A stretch of DNA of 64,000 nt, from NCBI GenBank assembly GCA_902762905.1, contig CACWQE010000006.1:113-64112 (forward strand), read 5' to 3'. This document shows, piece by piece, positions 30,367 to 41,577 of the stretch (the first letter of the stretch is position 1; each line of letters opens with the position of its first letter). The position numbers and the translations under genes are program-made. The notes under the pieces were generated by a model. That model was given only the letters and a program-made list of their open reading frames with translations, did no database searches and was not told the DNA's origin. Source of the stretch: an uncultured Lachnospiraceae bacterium. GTDB lineage: Bacteria > Bacillota > Clostridia > Lachnospirales > Lachnospiraceae.

Positions 30367-30978
30367 CTATTGTAAGAAATTTTCTAACATCTCTTTGCCA
30401 TACTCGGTAAGTACGGATTCGGGATGAAACTGGAATCCGTAAATTGCCTTATCTTTGTGCTTAACTGCCATCACCTCACCGTCATCTGTCTTAGCGATCA
30501 CCCGTAGACATTCCGGCATTGCTGCCGCTTCCGCTGCAAGGGAATGATATCTTGCAATCTTAATATTCTCTGGAATTCCCGCAAAAACCGGTTCCTTCTC
30601 ATCAAATGTGATCGTACTCTGTTTGCCATGCATCAGTTCTTTGGCATATACGACCTTGCCACCGAATGCTTCACAGATTGCCTGATGTCCTAAGCACACA
30701 CCAAGGATCTTAACCGGACGATCATATGTTTTTAACAATTCTTCGCAGATACCGGCATCCTCCGGTCTTCCCGGTCCCGGAGATAAAATGATATATTCCG
30801 GTGCCAGCTTCTCGATCTCAGCGACCGTCAGTTCATCATTACGCACCACCCGGATTCCATAATTCTCATCTTCTCCTTCTGCAATCTTACCCTGTTCATA
30901 TCGTTCTTTCTGAATCCCTCCGATCAACTGCACCAGATTGTAGGAAAAGCTGTCATAATTATCAATCAGTAATATCAT
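30367..30978 (-). CDS. trpG: Anthranilate synthase component II (glutamine amidotransferase)
   Basis: The start MILLIDNYDSFSYNL, the catalytic GVCLGHQ and the FHPES motif are present. The ATG at 30976-30978 overlaps the trpE TAA by 1 nt, so the 21-aa N-terminal extension in the track is unlikely. Confidence 0.9.
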   Translation of the reverse strand: MILLIDNYDSFSYNLVQLIGGIQKERYEQGKIAEGEDENYGIRVVRNDELTVAEIEKLAPEYIILSPGPGRPEDAGICEELLKTYDRPVKILGVCLGHQAICEAFGGKVVYAKELMHGKQSTITFDEKEPVFAGIPENIKIARYHSLAAEAAAMPECLRVIAKTDDGEVMAVKHKDKAIYGFQFHPESVLTEYGKEMLENFLQ

Positions 30979-32432
30979 TATCCATTCACCTCCGCTGCAC
31001 GCTTCACCGCTTCGATCACGGCTCCTGCTTTGTTGGCACATTCCATGTACTCACTCTCCGGTACACTGTCTGCCACAATGCCGGCTCCTGCCTGTACATA
31101 TACCTTGTCACCCTTTTTCACTGCGGTACGAATGGCAATGCAGACATCTAAGTTACCAGAAAAATCTAAGTATCCAATGGCTCCACCATATACACCTCTT
31201 GCAACCGGCTCTAACTCGTCAATGATCTCACATGCCCGGAACTTCGGTGCCCCGGATAAAGTTCCTGCCGGAAGCGTTGCCGCAATCGTATCGCATGCAT
31301 CCTTGTCCTTACGGAGCTTACCAACCACCGTGGACGCAATGTGCATCACTTTGGAAAACCGGTGTATCTTCATATATTTTTCTACTTCCACGCTGCCAAA
31401 TTCGGCTATCCGGCCAATATCATTTCTTGCCAGATCCACTAACATGTTATGCTCTGCACATTCCTTCTCATCCGCTAACAGCTCTGTCTCTAATGCCTCA
31501 TCTTCTTCCGTTGTCTCACCGCGTTTTCTGGTTCCTGCTACCGGAAATGTAGTAAGTTTGCCGTTCACTAACTTAACCATTGTCTCTGGAGAGGTTCCTG
31601 CAATCTCCATATCCTCACACCCAATGAAGTACATATATGGTGAAGGATTTGTCGTTCGGAGTACCCGGTAGGTATTGATCAGGCTGCCCTTATAATCTGC
31701 CTCAAATCTTCTGGAAATAACACCCTGAAAGATATCTCCCTCCCGGATATAATGTTTGGTCTTTTCCACCATATCACAATACTCTTCTTCGGAAAGGTTA
31801 CAGGTAAATTCCACATTCTTATCTGCCTCTTCCTCCGCTAATGGCGTGGTATCCTGAATCAGATGGATCATTTTTTCAATCTCGAGTAACGCTTTCTTAT
31901 ATCCCTTCTCGCCATCCTCACTCCGGTAATTGGTGATCACACTGATCTTCTGCTTCAAATGGTCATAAGCAATTACTTTATCAAATAACATTAACTTATA
32001 ATCATCAAAATCACTCTTTTTTAAATGTAGCTTTGGTTCGGCATATCCGATCATCTCATAAGAAAAATATCCGACCAATCCACCGGTGAAGCTTGGCATT
32101 CCCGGAATTGCCGGTGAATGATACCGGTCAAGCAGATTGCGAAGTGCTTCATATGCATCCTGTTTCTGCTCTGTTACCATGGCTCCGCTCTGCATCCGCA
32201 CCACACCATCTTTGCAACTGATCTGTAATAACGGACTCACACCTAAGAAAGAATATTGACCCCATTGCTTGCCACCCTCCACACTTTCCAGTAAATAATA
32301 GCGGTTGTCGATCTCCTTCAGTCTCCGAAGCAGGGTGATCGGTGTCACAACATCTGCGTAGATCTCCTTGCATACCGGAATCATATTGTATTCTTTTTCG
32401 TATTGCTTCGCTGTCTCATAGTTTGGAAACAT
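30978..32432 (-). CDS. trpE: Anthranilate synthase component I
   Basis: The 484-aa product has chorismate-binding-family motifs (GAPK, GxYGGAIGY). Confidence 0.93.
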   Translation of the reverse strand: MFPNYETAKQYEKEYNMIPVCKEIYADVVTPITLLRRLKEIDNRYYLLESVEGGKQWGQYSFLGVSPLLQISCKDGVVRMQSGAMVTEQKQDAYEALRNLLDRYHSPAIPGMPSFTGGLVGYFSYEMIGYAEPKLHLKKSDFDDYKLMLFDKVIAYDHLKQKISVITNYRSEDGEKGYKKALLEIEKMIHLIQDTTPLAEEEADKNVEFTCNLSEEEYCDMVEKTKHYIREGDIFQGVISRRFEADYKGSLINTYRVLRTTNPSPYMYFIGCEDMEIAGTSPETMVKLVNGKLTTFPVAGTRKRGETTEEDEALETELLADEKECAEHNMLVDLARNDIGRIAEFGSVEVEKYMKIHRFSKVMHIASTVVGKLRKDKDACDTIAATLPAGTLSGAPKFRACEIIDELEPVARGVYGGAIGYLDFSGNLDVCIAIRTAVKKGDKVYVQAGAGIVADSVPESEYMECANKAGAVIEAVKRAAEVNG

Positions 32433-32515
32433 ATCTGCACTCCTTTCTTCCTTTTTCTTCTTTCTATCTATTGAGATATGAAACCTCGATTTCGCTTTGC
32501 ACGTCTCAATACTGA

Positions 32516-32790
32516 CATAAAAAAAAGCTCTTGCCCCCTAAGGGACAAAAGCTTTATAAACAACTTCTGCGGTACCACCCAAATTGATGCATTGCATCCA
32601 CTCTTCCTATATACTATCATATATATCCCATTGATAACGGACAGGTTCCCGTTGGCACCTACTCTGCAAATGCATTTCAAGCCACCCTCGTAAGTCCATT
32701 CACCTATTGACCACCCGCTGCATCTCACCACCACAGCTCTCTGTACAGTTTCACAATAGCTTACTCCTCTTACTCATCGGTTTCGTAGTA
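32516..32790 (-). promoter_or_regulatory. T-box riboswitch with a Trp (UGG) specifier and terminator
   Basis: On the minus strand, Stem I carries AGAGAG; the specifier-loop context is GUGAA-UGG-A (UGG = 32696-32698); the T-box motif is AAUUUGGGUGGUACCGC (32567-32585); the terminator is AAAGCUUUUGUCCC-UUA-GGGGCAAGAGCUUU followed by eight U. Confidence 0.88.
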
Positions 32791-32832
32791 CTGTTATAAC
32801 TAATTCTTATTAGTATTTCTCAACCAATTCAC

Positions 32833-32861
32833 AGTATATCGCTCCGGGTTATCATTGTCAA
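32833..32861 (-). promoter_or_regulatory. Candidate sigma-A promoter of the trp leader
   Basis: On the minus strand, TTGACA (32856-32861) is followed by a 17-nt spacer and TATACT (32833-32838). Confidence 0.6.
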
Positions 32862-32953
32862 ACATATAAAAATTATATTGTAATAATTTTATCTTATGAC
32901 GCTGTTATCATAGAATACGACATCCACTAACACCACAGATCTCTATATTATAA

Positions 32954-34135
32954 TCATCTATGTAAGATTCCACTCTCATCCACTGCCTGAACAACCTTGG
33001 CAAGTTCCTCCGGCGGCATTACCAGTGCAAAACGGACATAACCCTCTCCACCGGTTCCGAACGCATCACCCGGTGTACATAACACCCCTGCCTGTTCAAC
33101 CATTGTCATACAGAACTCTCTTGAACTTGTATATCCTTCCGGCACCGGTGCCCACACAAACATCGTTCCCTGACTATCCGGTACATTCCAGCCAATGCTG
33201 CGAAAGCCTCCACACAAGGCATCTCTTCTTTTCTGGTATTCTGCACACTGTGCCTTCACGAATTCATTCGATCCATTCAATGCTGCAATCGCACCATACT
33301 GAACCGGAAGAAAGGTTCCGAAGTCAAACTGGCTACGCAGTAATTTGAGTGCATCCACTGCATCCTTTCTGCCTAAGAAGAAAGAAACTCTTGCACCGGT
33401 CACATTAAACGACTTTGATAAAGAGAAGAACTCTGCTCCGATATCCATAGCACCCGGAACGGATAAGAAGGACTCTCCCACCTTGCCATCATAGATAATA
33501 TCCGAATATGCATTATCATGAATCACGAAAATATTATATTTTTTTGCAAATGCCACCAACTCTTCATAGAAAGATCTTGGTGCTGTCCGGCAGACCGGAT
33601 TATACGGATACGATACGATCATCAGCTTAGCTTTCTTTGCAATCTCTTCCGGAATCTCAGATAACACCGGAAGGAAATCATTTTCTTCCTTCAGATCATA
33701 GAAATACATATCTGCACCACTTAAGTAAGAACCTGCCTCAAAGATGGGATAACCGGGATTCGGCAATAACACAAGATCGCCCTCGTCTAGCAATGCCATT
33801 CCAACATGTCCCATTCCTTCCTGTGTACCATGTACCCCTGTGATCTGATCCGTTGCAATCTCCACACCAAAACGTCTCTTATAATAAGCAGAGACTGCCT
33901 CTAACAGTTCTGGGATATCCCGCAGGGAATACTTGTAATTCTCCGGCTTACTTACAGCTTCTAACACCGCATCCATAATATGCTTCGGCGGCTCAAAATC
34001 CGGTGTTCCCACTGACAGGTTGTAGATGTGCTTGCCTTTTTGCTCCATCTCGTCTTTCTTATCATTTAACTCTGCAAAGATTCCGGTCTGAAAATGATCT
34101 AACCTCTTTGCAGCAATCTTACTCTCATTACTCAT
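32954..34135 (-). CDS. Class I/II PLP-dependent aminotransferase
   Basis: The SLSKSF (PLP Lys) and NPGYP motifs are present, and the product is about 393 aa from the ATG at 34135, which follows a GAGAGGAAG RBS. Confidence 0.8.
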   Translation of the reverse strand: MSNESKIAAKRLDHFQTGIFAELNDKKDEMEQKGKHIYNLSVGTPDFEPPKHIMDAVLEAVSKPENYKYSLRDIPELLEAVSAYYKRRFGVEIATDQITGVHGTQEGMGHVGMALLDEGDLVLLPNPGYPIFEAGSYLSGADMYFYDLKEENDFLPVLSEIPEEIAKKAKLMIVSYPYNPVCRTAPRSFYEELVAFAKKYNIFVIHDNAYSDIIYDGKVGESFLSVPGAMDIGAEFFSLSKSFNVTGARVSFFLGRKDAVDALKLLRSQFDFGTFLPVQYGAIAALNGSNEFVKAQCAEYQKRRDALCGGFRSIGWNVPDSQGTMFVWAPVPEGYTSSREFCMTMVEQAGVLCTPGDAFGTGGEGYVRFALVMPPEELAKVVQAVDESGILHR

Positions 34136-34203
34136 CTTATTCTTCCTCTCTGACAGGCTTTCACGTAAACCACACAAAACTTGCTGCCTGTCTCATATGT
34201 TAT

Positions 34204-35109
34204 CTAGATTCGTCCATTCAATTGGCGATTTCTTTCATGCTCTTCTTTACAATCCATTGCAAACTGAATCAGAAATTCATAGAAATCCTTAACGATCGGA
34301 TTATCCGAAAACTGCGGATTATATGTGATAATAATATCACGCTTACAATCCGGGCTTTTGATCGGTAACAACGCTACATTCGTTGACTTCTGCCAAATGC
34401 TATCCCATGAATATTCCGGCCAGAACCCAATTCCAAGACCTGCACTAATAAGGCTTCGCACAGACTCAAAATTCATACTCTCAAATACGATATCCGGCGA
34501 AAATCCTGCTTCAAAGCAAAACTGGTCACAGATGCTACGAATCGGTCTGGTATTCGCCATCACAATAAATCCTTCCTCTGACACTTCGGAAAGATCAATC
34601 TCATCATAATCTGCATACGGAGAAGACAACGGAACCGCAAGGAAGAATTTCTCCTCTAATATCGTCTGATTTGCTGCCATCGAACGCTTTGGCAAAGTAG
34701 CCGTAATACACAGATCATAATCCAGAGAAGACGGACTCTGCACAAACTGGAAGTTCACATCCGGATGTTTCTCCTTATAGGCAATAATACAATTGGTCAC
34801 CAGGACGGATGCCGCCAATACATTCAAATGAATGGTCATATGCTGCTTTCTTGCCGTATCCGCCAACTTCTTTGGCAGATCATCCAAACTCTTCATGATC
34901 GGCTTGAGTTCTTCTACCAACAGCCTGCCCGGTGCACTTAATGTAATACCACCTTTTCTCCGATCAAACAACTTGACCCCTAATTCCTGCTCTAACCGCT
35001 TGATCGACTGCGAAAGTGCCGGCTGTGCAATATGCAGAGAATTCGCAGCTTTCGTAATGTGTTCGTACTGCGCTGCCACCATAAAATACTGTAACTGTTG
35101 AAGTTCCAT
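34204..35109 (-). CDS. LysR-family transcriptional regulator
   Basis: The N-terminal wHTH MELQQLQYFMVAAQYEHITKAANSLHIAQPALSQSIKRLE is typical of LysR. I prefer the ATG at 35109, which follows GGAGG. Confidence 0.88.
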   Translation of the reverse strand: MELQQLQYFMVAAQYEHITKAANSLHIAQPALSQSIKRLEQELGVKLFDRRKGGITLSAPGRLLVEELKPIMKSLDDLPKKLADTARKQHMTIHLNVLAASVLVTNCIIAYKEKHPDVNFQFVQSPSSLDYDLCITATLPKRSMAANQTILEEKFFLAVPLSSPYADYDEIDLSEVSEEGFIVMANTRPIRSICDQFCFEAGFSPDIVFESMNFESVRSLISAGLGIGFWPEYSWDSIWQKSTNVALLPIKSPDCKRDIIITYNPQFSDNPIVKDFYEFLIQFAMDCKEEHERNRQLNGRI

Positions 35110-35154
35110 ATGCGCCTCCATTTCTATCATTCATGAAATCATCTATTATACCTC

Positions 35155-35188
35155 AGCAAAGAAATAGACTTCTTGTCAGAAGTCTATT
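35155..35188 (-). terminator. Intrinsic terminator after the YitT-family gene
   Basis: AATAGACTTCT and AGAAGTCTATT form an 11-bp stem with a 4-nt loop, followed by UCUUUGCU on the minus strand. Confidence 0.65.
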
Positions 35189-35240
35189 CATAATTTCCGA
35201 TGATTTTATTATAATTTTTATATTATGGAGTGTCAAGTCC

Positions 35241-36122
35241 TCACAAATGCTTCTCATACTTACCTGCGATCCGCATGCCTTCCTTGACCACAACAAACGC
35301 ATGCTCATCAATCTTTTTGAGCTTCGGACGCAGATGTTCACACTCATACTTGGATAGGATCGTCATTACCATGTAGGTCTTATCTTCCGTATAACCGCCT
35401 TTTGCCTCCCACCACGTCGCATCCCGGTGAAATTCATGTACGATACAATCTACGATCTGTTCCGGTGCTTCCTTCGTGAAGATCATAACCTCCACATTGA
35501 TATTCTGGATATGTGCTTTGTCTGTCATCAACGTACTTACCGCCGAGTAAATGATACTATAGATTGCCGTCGGCAGACCAAACAACATCGCACAGATTCC
35601 ATATACCACGCAGTTCACCGCAAGCGATACTTTTCCGACACTGAAATCCTTATACTTCTTCGTAAAATACATTCCAACAATATCCATACCACCGCTCGAA
35701 CCACCCGAACGCAAGGCAATTCCAATTCCTGCACCTGCCATGATGCCGCCGATCATACTCGCTGTCAGCGAATCGGATACGATCGGTGTTGCCGGAATCG
35801 GTATGAAACTAAAGAAGATCGTCTGGCTGATCACACAGATCAAAGTTCTTGTAAAGAAGCTTTTGCTAATAGATACATATGCCAATATAAAAAGGGGAAC
35901 ATTTAGCACCAGATTGATAACACCCGCAATATCGGTCTTGCCCGAAAACAAATGCAGATAATGCACGAATATTGTACGCAGAATCTGACTGATACCAAGG
36001 ATTCCGCCATTATACAGATCTGCCGGTACAATAAACAGGTTAATACCCATGGCAAACAATAGCATGCCAAGTGTCGCAACTCCAATGTGCTGCCAGAACT
36101 TCTTACTCTTTAAGTCTTCCAT
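35241..36122 (-). CDS. YitT-family membrane protein (with a DUF2179 C-terminal domain)
   Basis: The product has about 5 TM helices, the GG(I/M)DI motif (SGGMDIVGMY) and a soluble C-terminal domain. Confidence 0.75.
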   Translation of the reverse strand: MEDLKSKKFWQHIGVATLGMLLFAMGINLFIVPADLYNGGILGISQILRTIFVHYLHLFSGKTDIAGVINLVLNVPLFILAYVSISKSFFTRTLICVISQTIFFSFIPIPATPIVSDSLTASMIGGIMAGAGIGIALRSGGSSGGMDIVGMYFTKKYKDFSVGKVSLAVNCVVYGICAMLFGLPTAIYSIIYSAVSTLMTDKAHIQNINVEVMIFTKEAPEQIVDCIVHEFHRDATWWEAKGGYTEDKTYMVMTILSKYECEHLRPKLKKIDEHAFVVVKEGMRIAGKYEKHL

Positions 36123-36146
36123 AATGATCCCTCCATTTCAGCTTAT

Positions 36147-37502
36147 TTACATCGCATGTACCTTTTTCCTCACAAAATAGAAACAGACAACCTGCATTAC
36201 GATCGTTAACAGCCACGATACCGGATACGATATGAACAGAAAATCCAACGCTCTATGATACGGAAACACCAGGTAGATCCACACAATTCTTGTTCCGACC
36301 GTTCCAATTACCGAAAGGATCATCGGCACGGTAGAATGTCCCATTCCCCGTAATGCTCCGGGAAACAGATCCATGATTCCACAAAGAAAGTATGTTACCG
36401 TCGTATATAACATAATATCCACACCACATGCCACAACGTCTGCACTCTTAGTATAAATGTGCATCAGTTCGGAACCAAACAGGTACGAACCTCCGCCAAG
36501 CACCAATGCAACAACTACCGTCAGTCCCAGGCATTCCAATAACACTTTATCCATCCGCTTGAACTTCCGCACACCATAATTCTGGCTGGTAAAGCTCATA
36601 CATGCCTGTGTAATGGAATTCACTGATACATATAAGAATCCTAAGATATTGTTTGCCGCTGTATAACCTGCCATGGCAACCGAACCAAAGGAATTCACGG
36701 ATGACTGTAATAACACATTCGAAAAATTGATGATCGTACTCTGGATGCCCGCCGGTACTCCAACCTGAAAGATCTGCTTCACATAGCGTGCTTTCATTCC
36801 AAGCTTGGAAAACCGCAATTGGTAACTGCCTTCCGAATCATATAAGCACTTCAACACTAACACACATGATATGCACTGCGAAATGACCGTTGCAATCGCA
36901 ACACCCGCCACACCCATATGAAACCGGATCACAAGAAACATATTAAGGATCGCATTGGTTGTGCCGGACAGAATCAGAGAATACAATGGACGCTTCGTAT
37001 CTCCCACCGCCCGTAAAATGGCAGCTCCATAATTATACAACATGAAAAATGGCATTCCCATAAAATAGATCCTCATATATAGGGTTGCCTGATCCAACAC
37101 ATTGTCCGGTGTATCCATAAGCTCTAAGGCTCCCTTAGCCGCTAAGATTCCCACAAGCCCCATCACAATTCCGCTAATTAGTGCAAGTGTGATCGATGTA
37201 TGCACCGTCTCTGACATCTCTTTATCCTGTCCGGTGGCATAGAATCTTGCTGCCAATACATTGGCACCTAACGAGATTCCCATAAACAGATTCACAAAAA
37301 CATTGATCAGTGCCGTTGTTGAACCAACCGCCGCCAATGCTTCACTTCCGGTAAATCGTCCAACTACGATAATATCCACCGCATTAAATAACAATTGTAA
37401 GATTCCGGATAACATCAATGGAATCGAAAAGGATATCAATTTATCCAATATGGAACCATTGCACATGTCTATCTCATATTTGTTCTTCTTCTCAGTCTTC
37501 AT
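36147..37502 (-). CDS. MATE-family efflux transporter
   Basis: The 451-aa product has 12 TM helices and a typical MATE N-terminus (ILDKLISFSIPLMLSGILQLLFNAVD). Confidence 0.88.
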   Translation of the reverse strand: MKTEKKNKYEIDMCNGSILDKLISFSIPLMLSGILQLLFNAVDIIVVGRFTGSEALAAVGSTTALINVFVNLFMGISLGANVLAARFYATGQDKEMSETVHTSITLALISGIVMGLVGILAAKGALELMDTPDNVLDQATLYMRIYFMGMPFFMLYNYGAAILRAVGDTKRPLYSLILSGTTNAILNMFLVIRFHMGVAGVAIATVISQCISCVLVLKCLYDSEGSYQLRFSKLGMKARYVKQIFQVGVPAGIQSTIINFSNVLLQSSVNSFGSVAMAGYTAANNILGFLYVSVNSITQACMSFTSQNYGVRKFKRMDKVLLECLGLTVVVALVLGGGSYLFGSELMHIYTKSADVVACGVDIMLYTTVTYFLCGIMDLFPGALRGMGHSTVPMILSVIGTVGTRIVWIYLVFPYHRALDFLFISYPVSWLLTIVMQVVCFYFVRKKVHAM

Positions 37503-37521
37503 CTTGTATGCCTTTCTTATG

Positions 37522-38475
37522 TCAATCTTCTGCCATTTCCCCCGAATTTTCCTCTTCTGTCTTCTCCTGTATGATCGGCTCTAACGTATCATAATCATAT
37601 TGCTTGAAACTGCCCCCCGGCATGTCCCAATATCGATTCCAAATTCGTTCCTTCAGTGAATCGCCCTCATCCGATATCTCTTCATTCTGTGGCCCCTTCC
37701 GCACTATATTTACATATTTATCCACCGCGTCATGCCCCTGCACCTGATCACAATATAATTCTATCCTGTATTGCATATCCGAATCCACAATGTAACATGC
37801 TACACCCGAGTATTTTTTAATTATTTCAGGAGAAATGCTATCGATATCAATAGAATCGATGTCTTTCACTAAGAGATATAGCTCCGGCTTATGTAGCCAA
37901 TCTCCCGACAATTTCTGGTAACGATCATCTAAATACTCATATAATTCCTCTTCCGACAATCCATATGGCAGCCGGTCACCCAACGGTGTCTCTCCTTCCC
38001 CCTTTTCCAAATGTTCCTCGTCAATGAAATCATTTTTATATGTTGTAGTATTTACCCATCCATCCAATTCAGCTGCTGCATCTTCATAATCAATACCAAG
38101 ATCCGCAGTATAATGATCTATCAAATACTGTTCTGCCAATGGGGTATCTTCATCTGTATACATCTTATCTTCTTCCGTAATATACAAATAAGCATATTGG
38201 TGTCCGGATAACCGGTAAGTTCCCTTTACCGTATCTGTTAAGCCATATCCTGTCACATCCCCATCTATCACAAGTTCACATTCTAATATCTTCACCTCGG
38301 GCATATTCGTCTCAAACCAATTTGCAGCAATCTCTTTACACTTTTCAAATTGCTCCTGTTTCTGTTCCTCTGTAAATGCATCTCTTGTACACCCGGTTGC
38401 CAGTATCAACATACAACTCAACCCGATATATGCGATCTTTCGAATGTATCTTCCACTTCTATTATACGCCTGCAT
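37522..38475 (-). CDS. Acidic lipoprotein of unknown function
   Basis: It has the lipobox LATGC. The mature part is rich in D/E/Y and I recognise no domain in it. Confidence 0.6.
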   Translation of the reverse strand: MQAYNRSGRYIRKIAYIGLSCMLILATGCTRDAFTEEQKQEQFEKCKEIAANWFETNMPEVKILECELVIDGDVTGYGLTDTVKGTYRLSGHQYAYLYITEEDKMYTDEDTPLAEQYLIDHYTADLGIDYEDAAAELDGWVNTTTYKNDFIDEEHLEKGEGETPLGDRLPYGLSEEELYEYLDDRYQKLSGDWLHKPELYLLVKDIDSIDIDSISPEIIKKYSGVACYIVDSDMQYRIELYCDQVQGHDAVDKYVNIVRKGPQNEEISDEGDSLKERIWNRYWDMPGGSFKQYDYDTLEPIIQEKTEEENSGEMAED

Positions 38476-38574
38476 GATAAAATCCTCTTTCAGCTTTTGG
38501 TATAAGTATACTAAGATTTGTAAGATTATTCAATTCTTCCTAATGAAGAATAACGTGATATACCCAACAAACTT

Positions 38575-39387
38575 TTATTGTATTTCTAAATCATAGGTAT
38601 TACTATTTAACACAATTTGTTTAACATCAATTTCCCTACCCTGTTCTTTTTTATATTCCCCGATCGTATTGCATATTTTTTTAATATTTTCTTTTGTAGC
38701 TCTCGGTCCTAAATATATTGTTTTTACGCAATCAAACTCCATATCTATTGATTCTATGTTATTGGTCTGTTTTTCTATTTCATTTTTCAAAAAAACACAA
38801 CGCCATTCTTTTTCGTATCTCCAATGATTAGCTTTTACATAAAAGAAACCGTTTGAATCCGTAATCCAATCTTCATCTATTATATCATTCGCACTATCTG
38901 CCATGTCGCATATTTCCATCCCACCACTTCTTTTCTTTGAATATATTACCGGCATCATTCTCCGAATGCATTCATTATCCTCCTTTAATAGCGATAAATC
39001 ATATTCAAAGCATAACCCTGAATAATTATCAGCATAATGAGCCCACATAAGATTATTTGTTGGCGTTTCCGTAAAACACTTTATATACGCAAAATGTTCC
39101 AGCCGAGTAATTTGTTCGTTTAATTCATTTCCATCTATATTTGTCTCTGCAATTCCCTCAAAAATATCATTTAATCGACCATTGCAAGATAAAAAAATAT
39201 TTTTCAAATTAATATCATATCCCGGACGAAACCTATCATACCGAAACAAGGATAACTGATCTCTCTTATAACGCGGTCCGGCATAATCATAAAATTTCTC
39301 CACTTCTTTTCCACCAAAACAATATGCAAGCTGTTTCATTTTTCTTAATTTGTCTTTATATTTAGAACAAACATCTCTCTTACTCAT
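38575..39387 (-). CDS. DUF2971-family protein
   Basis: The motifs NDIFEG, NLMWAHYADNYSGLCFEY and WRYEKEWR are characteristic of DUF2971. The gene is visibly AT-rich compared with its flanks. Confidence 0.65.
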   Translation of the reverse strand: MSKRDVCSKYKDKLRKMKQLAYCFGGKEVEKFYDYAGPRYKRDQLSLFRYDRFRPGYDINLKNIFLSCNGRLNDIFEGIAETNIDGNELNEQITRLEHFAYIKCFTETPTNNLMWAHYADNYSGLCFEYDLSLLKEDNECIRRMMPVIYSKKRSGGMEICDMADSANDIIDEDWITDSNGFFYVKANHWRYEKEWRCVFLKNEIEKQTNNIESIDMEFDCVKTIYLGPRATKENIKKICNTIGEYKKEQGREIDVKQIVLNSNTYDLEIQ

Positions 39388-39591
39388 TCGCTTTTATACT
39401 CCTATTTCCCATTCTTAATATTTTTTACTTTCTGAGCTTCACAAACAAATTCTTTTCGACTACCATTATATTGCCATTTGTAACCCGCTAACATCATTCA
39501 TGACCCTCGCTTGCTCTCTACAAGCTATATCGTCTTCTTACGAAACCGGAGTCGTTTCATGTATTTGCGGTTCTTGCTTTGCAAGAACTGA

Positions 39592-39641
39592 ATAAACAAA
39601 AAAGGATGCCATCTGCAAGTACCTTGCGTGGCATCCTTTCC
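39592..39641 (-). terminator. Intrinsic terminator downstream of gdhA
   Basis: On the minus strand, GAAAGGATGCCA...TGGCATCCTTT is followed by TTTTGTTTATT. Confidence 0.8.
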
Positions 39642-39771
39642 ATATTAAACACTATATCAATAATCCTCCATTCGACTACCATTCCAACTTCGCCTTAGGC
39701 TCGTTGCAATGAAGTCTCAGGAAGGGCTTTCACACTAACCTCATGCTTCGCATTCGCTAAGTGTTCAATGC

Positions 39772-41160
<1,389 letters not shown>

Positions 41161-41175
41161 TTAATTATATTAAGT

Positions 41176-41209
41176 AAAAAAAGAACATACGACAGACGTA
41201 TGTTCTTTT
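41176..41209 (-). terminator. Strong intrinsic-terminator-like hairpin about 45 nt upstream of the gdhA start codon
   Basis: AAAAGAACATACG and CGTATGTTCTTTT form a 13-bp perfect stem with a 5-nt loop, followed by seven U on the minus strand. Confidence 0.7.
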
Positions 41210-41577
41210 CACTCAGACGCCTTTGTCTATAAAGTATTATATAGAAATTACTTAATTTATGCAAGTAACCCTCTTTTATAATAAATTTTATAACGCAAAA
41301 ACACCTTTTTATTTAATTTAATTAAGTTGTCATTTATATATTATAGACCATTTCGCATTCAATACTTAATTTTATTAAGTATACCGTGTTATAACACAGA
41401 GACATATCATAATATGTACATTATGTATATATAACAAATTTCACAATTTACGTTGTGTTTTCAAGGCATCTGATATTATTTTTTATTCAATATGCACGAT
41501 ACTTAAGTTATGTGTCTATATCTCACATTAAAGCACCCGTTATGGCAAGACTCATAACCCTTATCAATCTGTCATTT

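Noticed and set aside
30979-31041. A 21-aa N-terminal extension of trpG in the track ORF (MCQQSRSRDRSGEACSGGEWI).
   Set aside because: The extension overlaps the trpE 3' end in another frame. The conserved TrpG N-terminus begins at MILLIDNYDSF, whose ATG overlaps the trpE stop (TAATG coupling).
31030-31671. A 213-aa plus-strand ORF antisense to trpE. Similar long antisense ORFs occur at 12662-13174, 817-1200, 28869-29267, 58144-58551 and 47391-47918.
   Set aside because: All lie fully inside strongly supported minus-strand genes with clear family motifs. Their translations are low-complexity (Ser/Pro/Ala-rich) and lack start signals. They are typical shadow ORFs.
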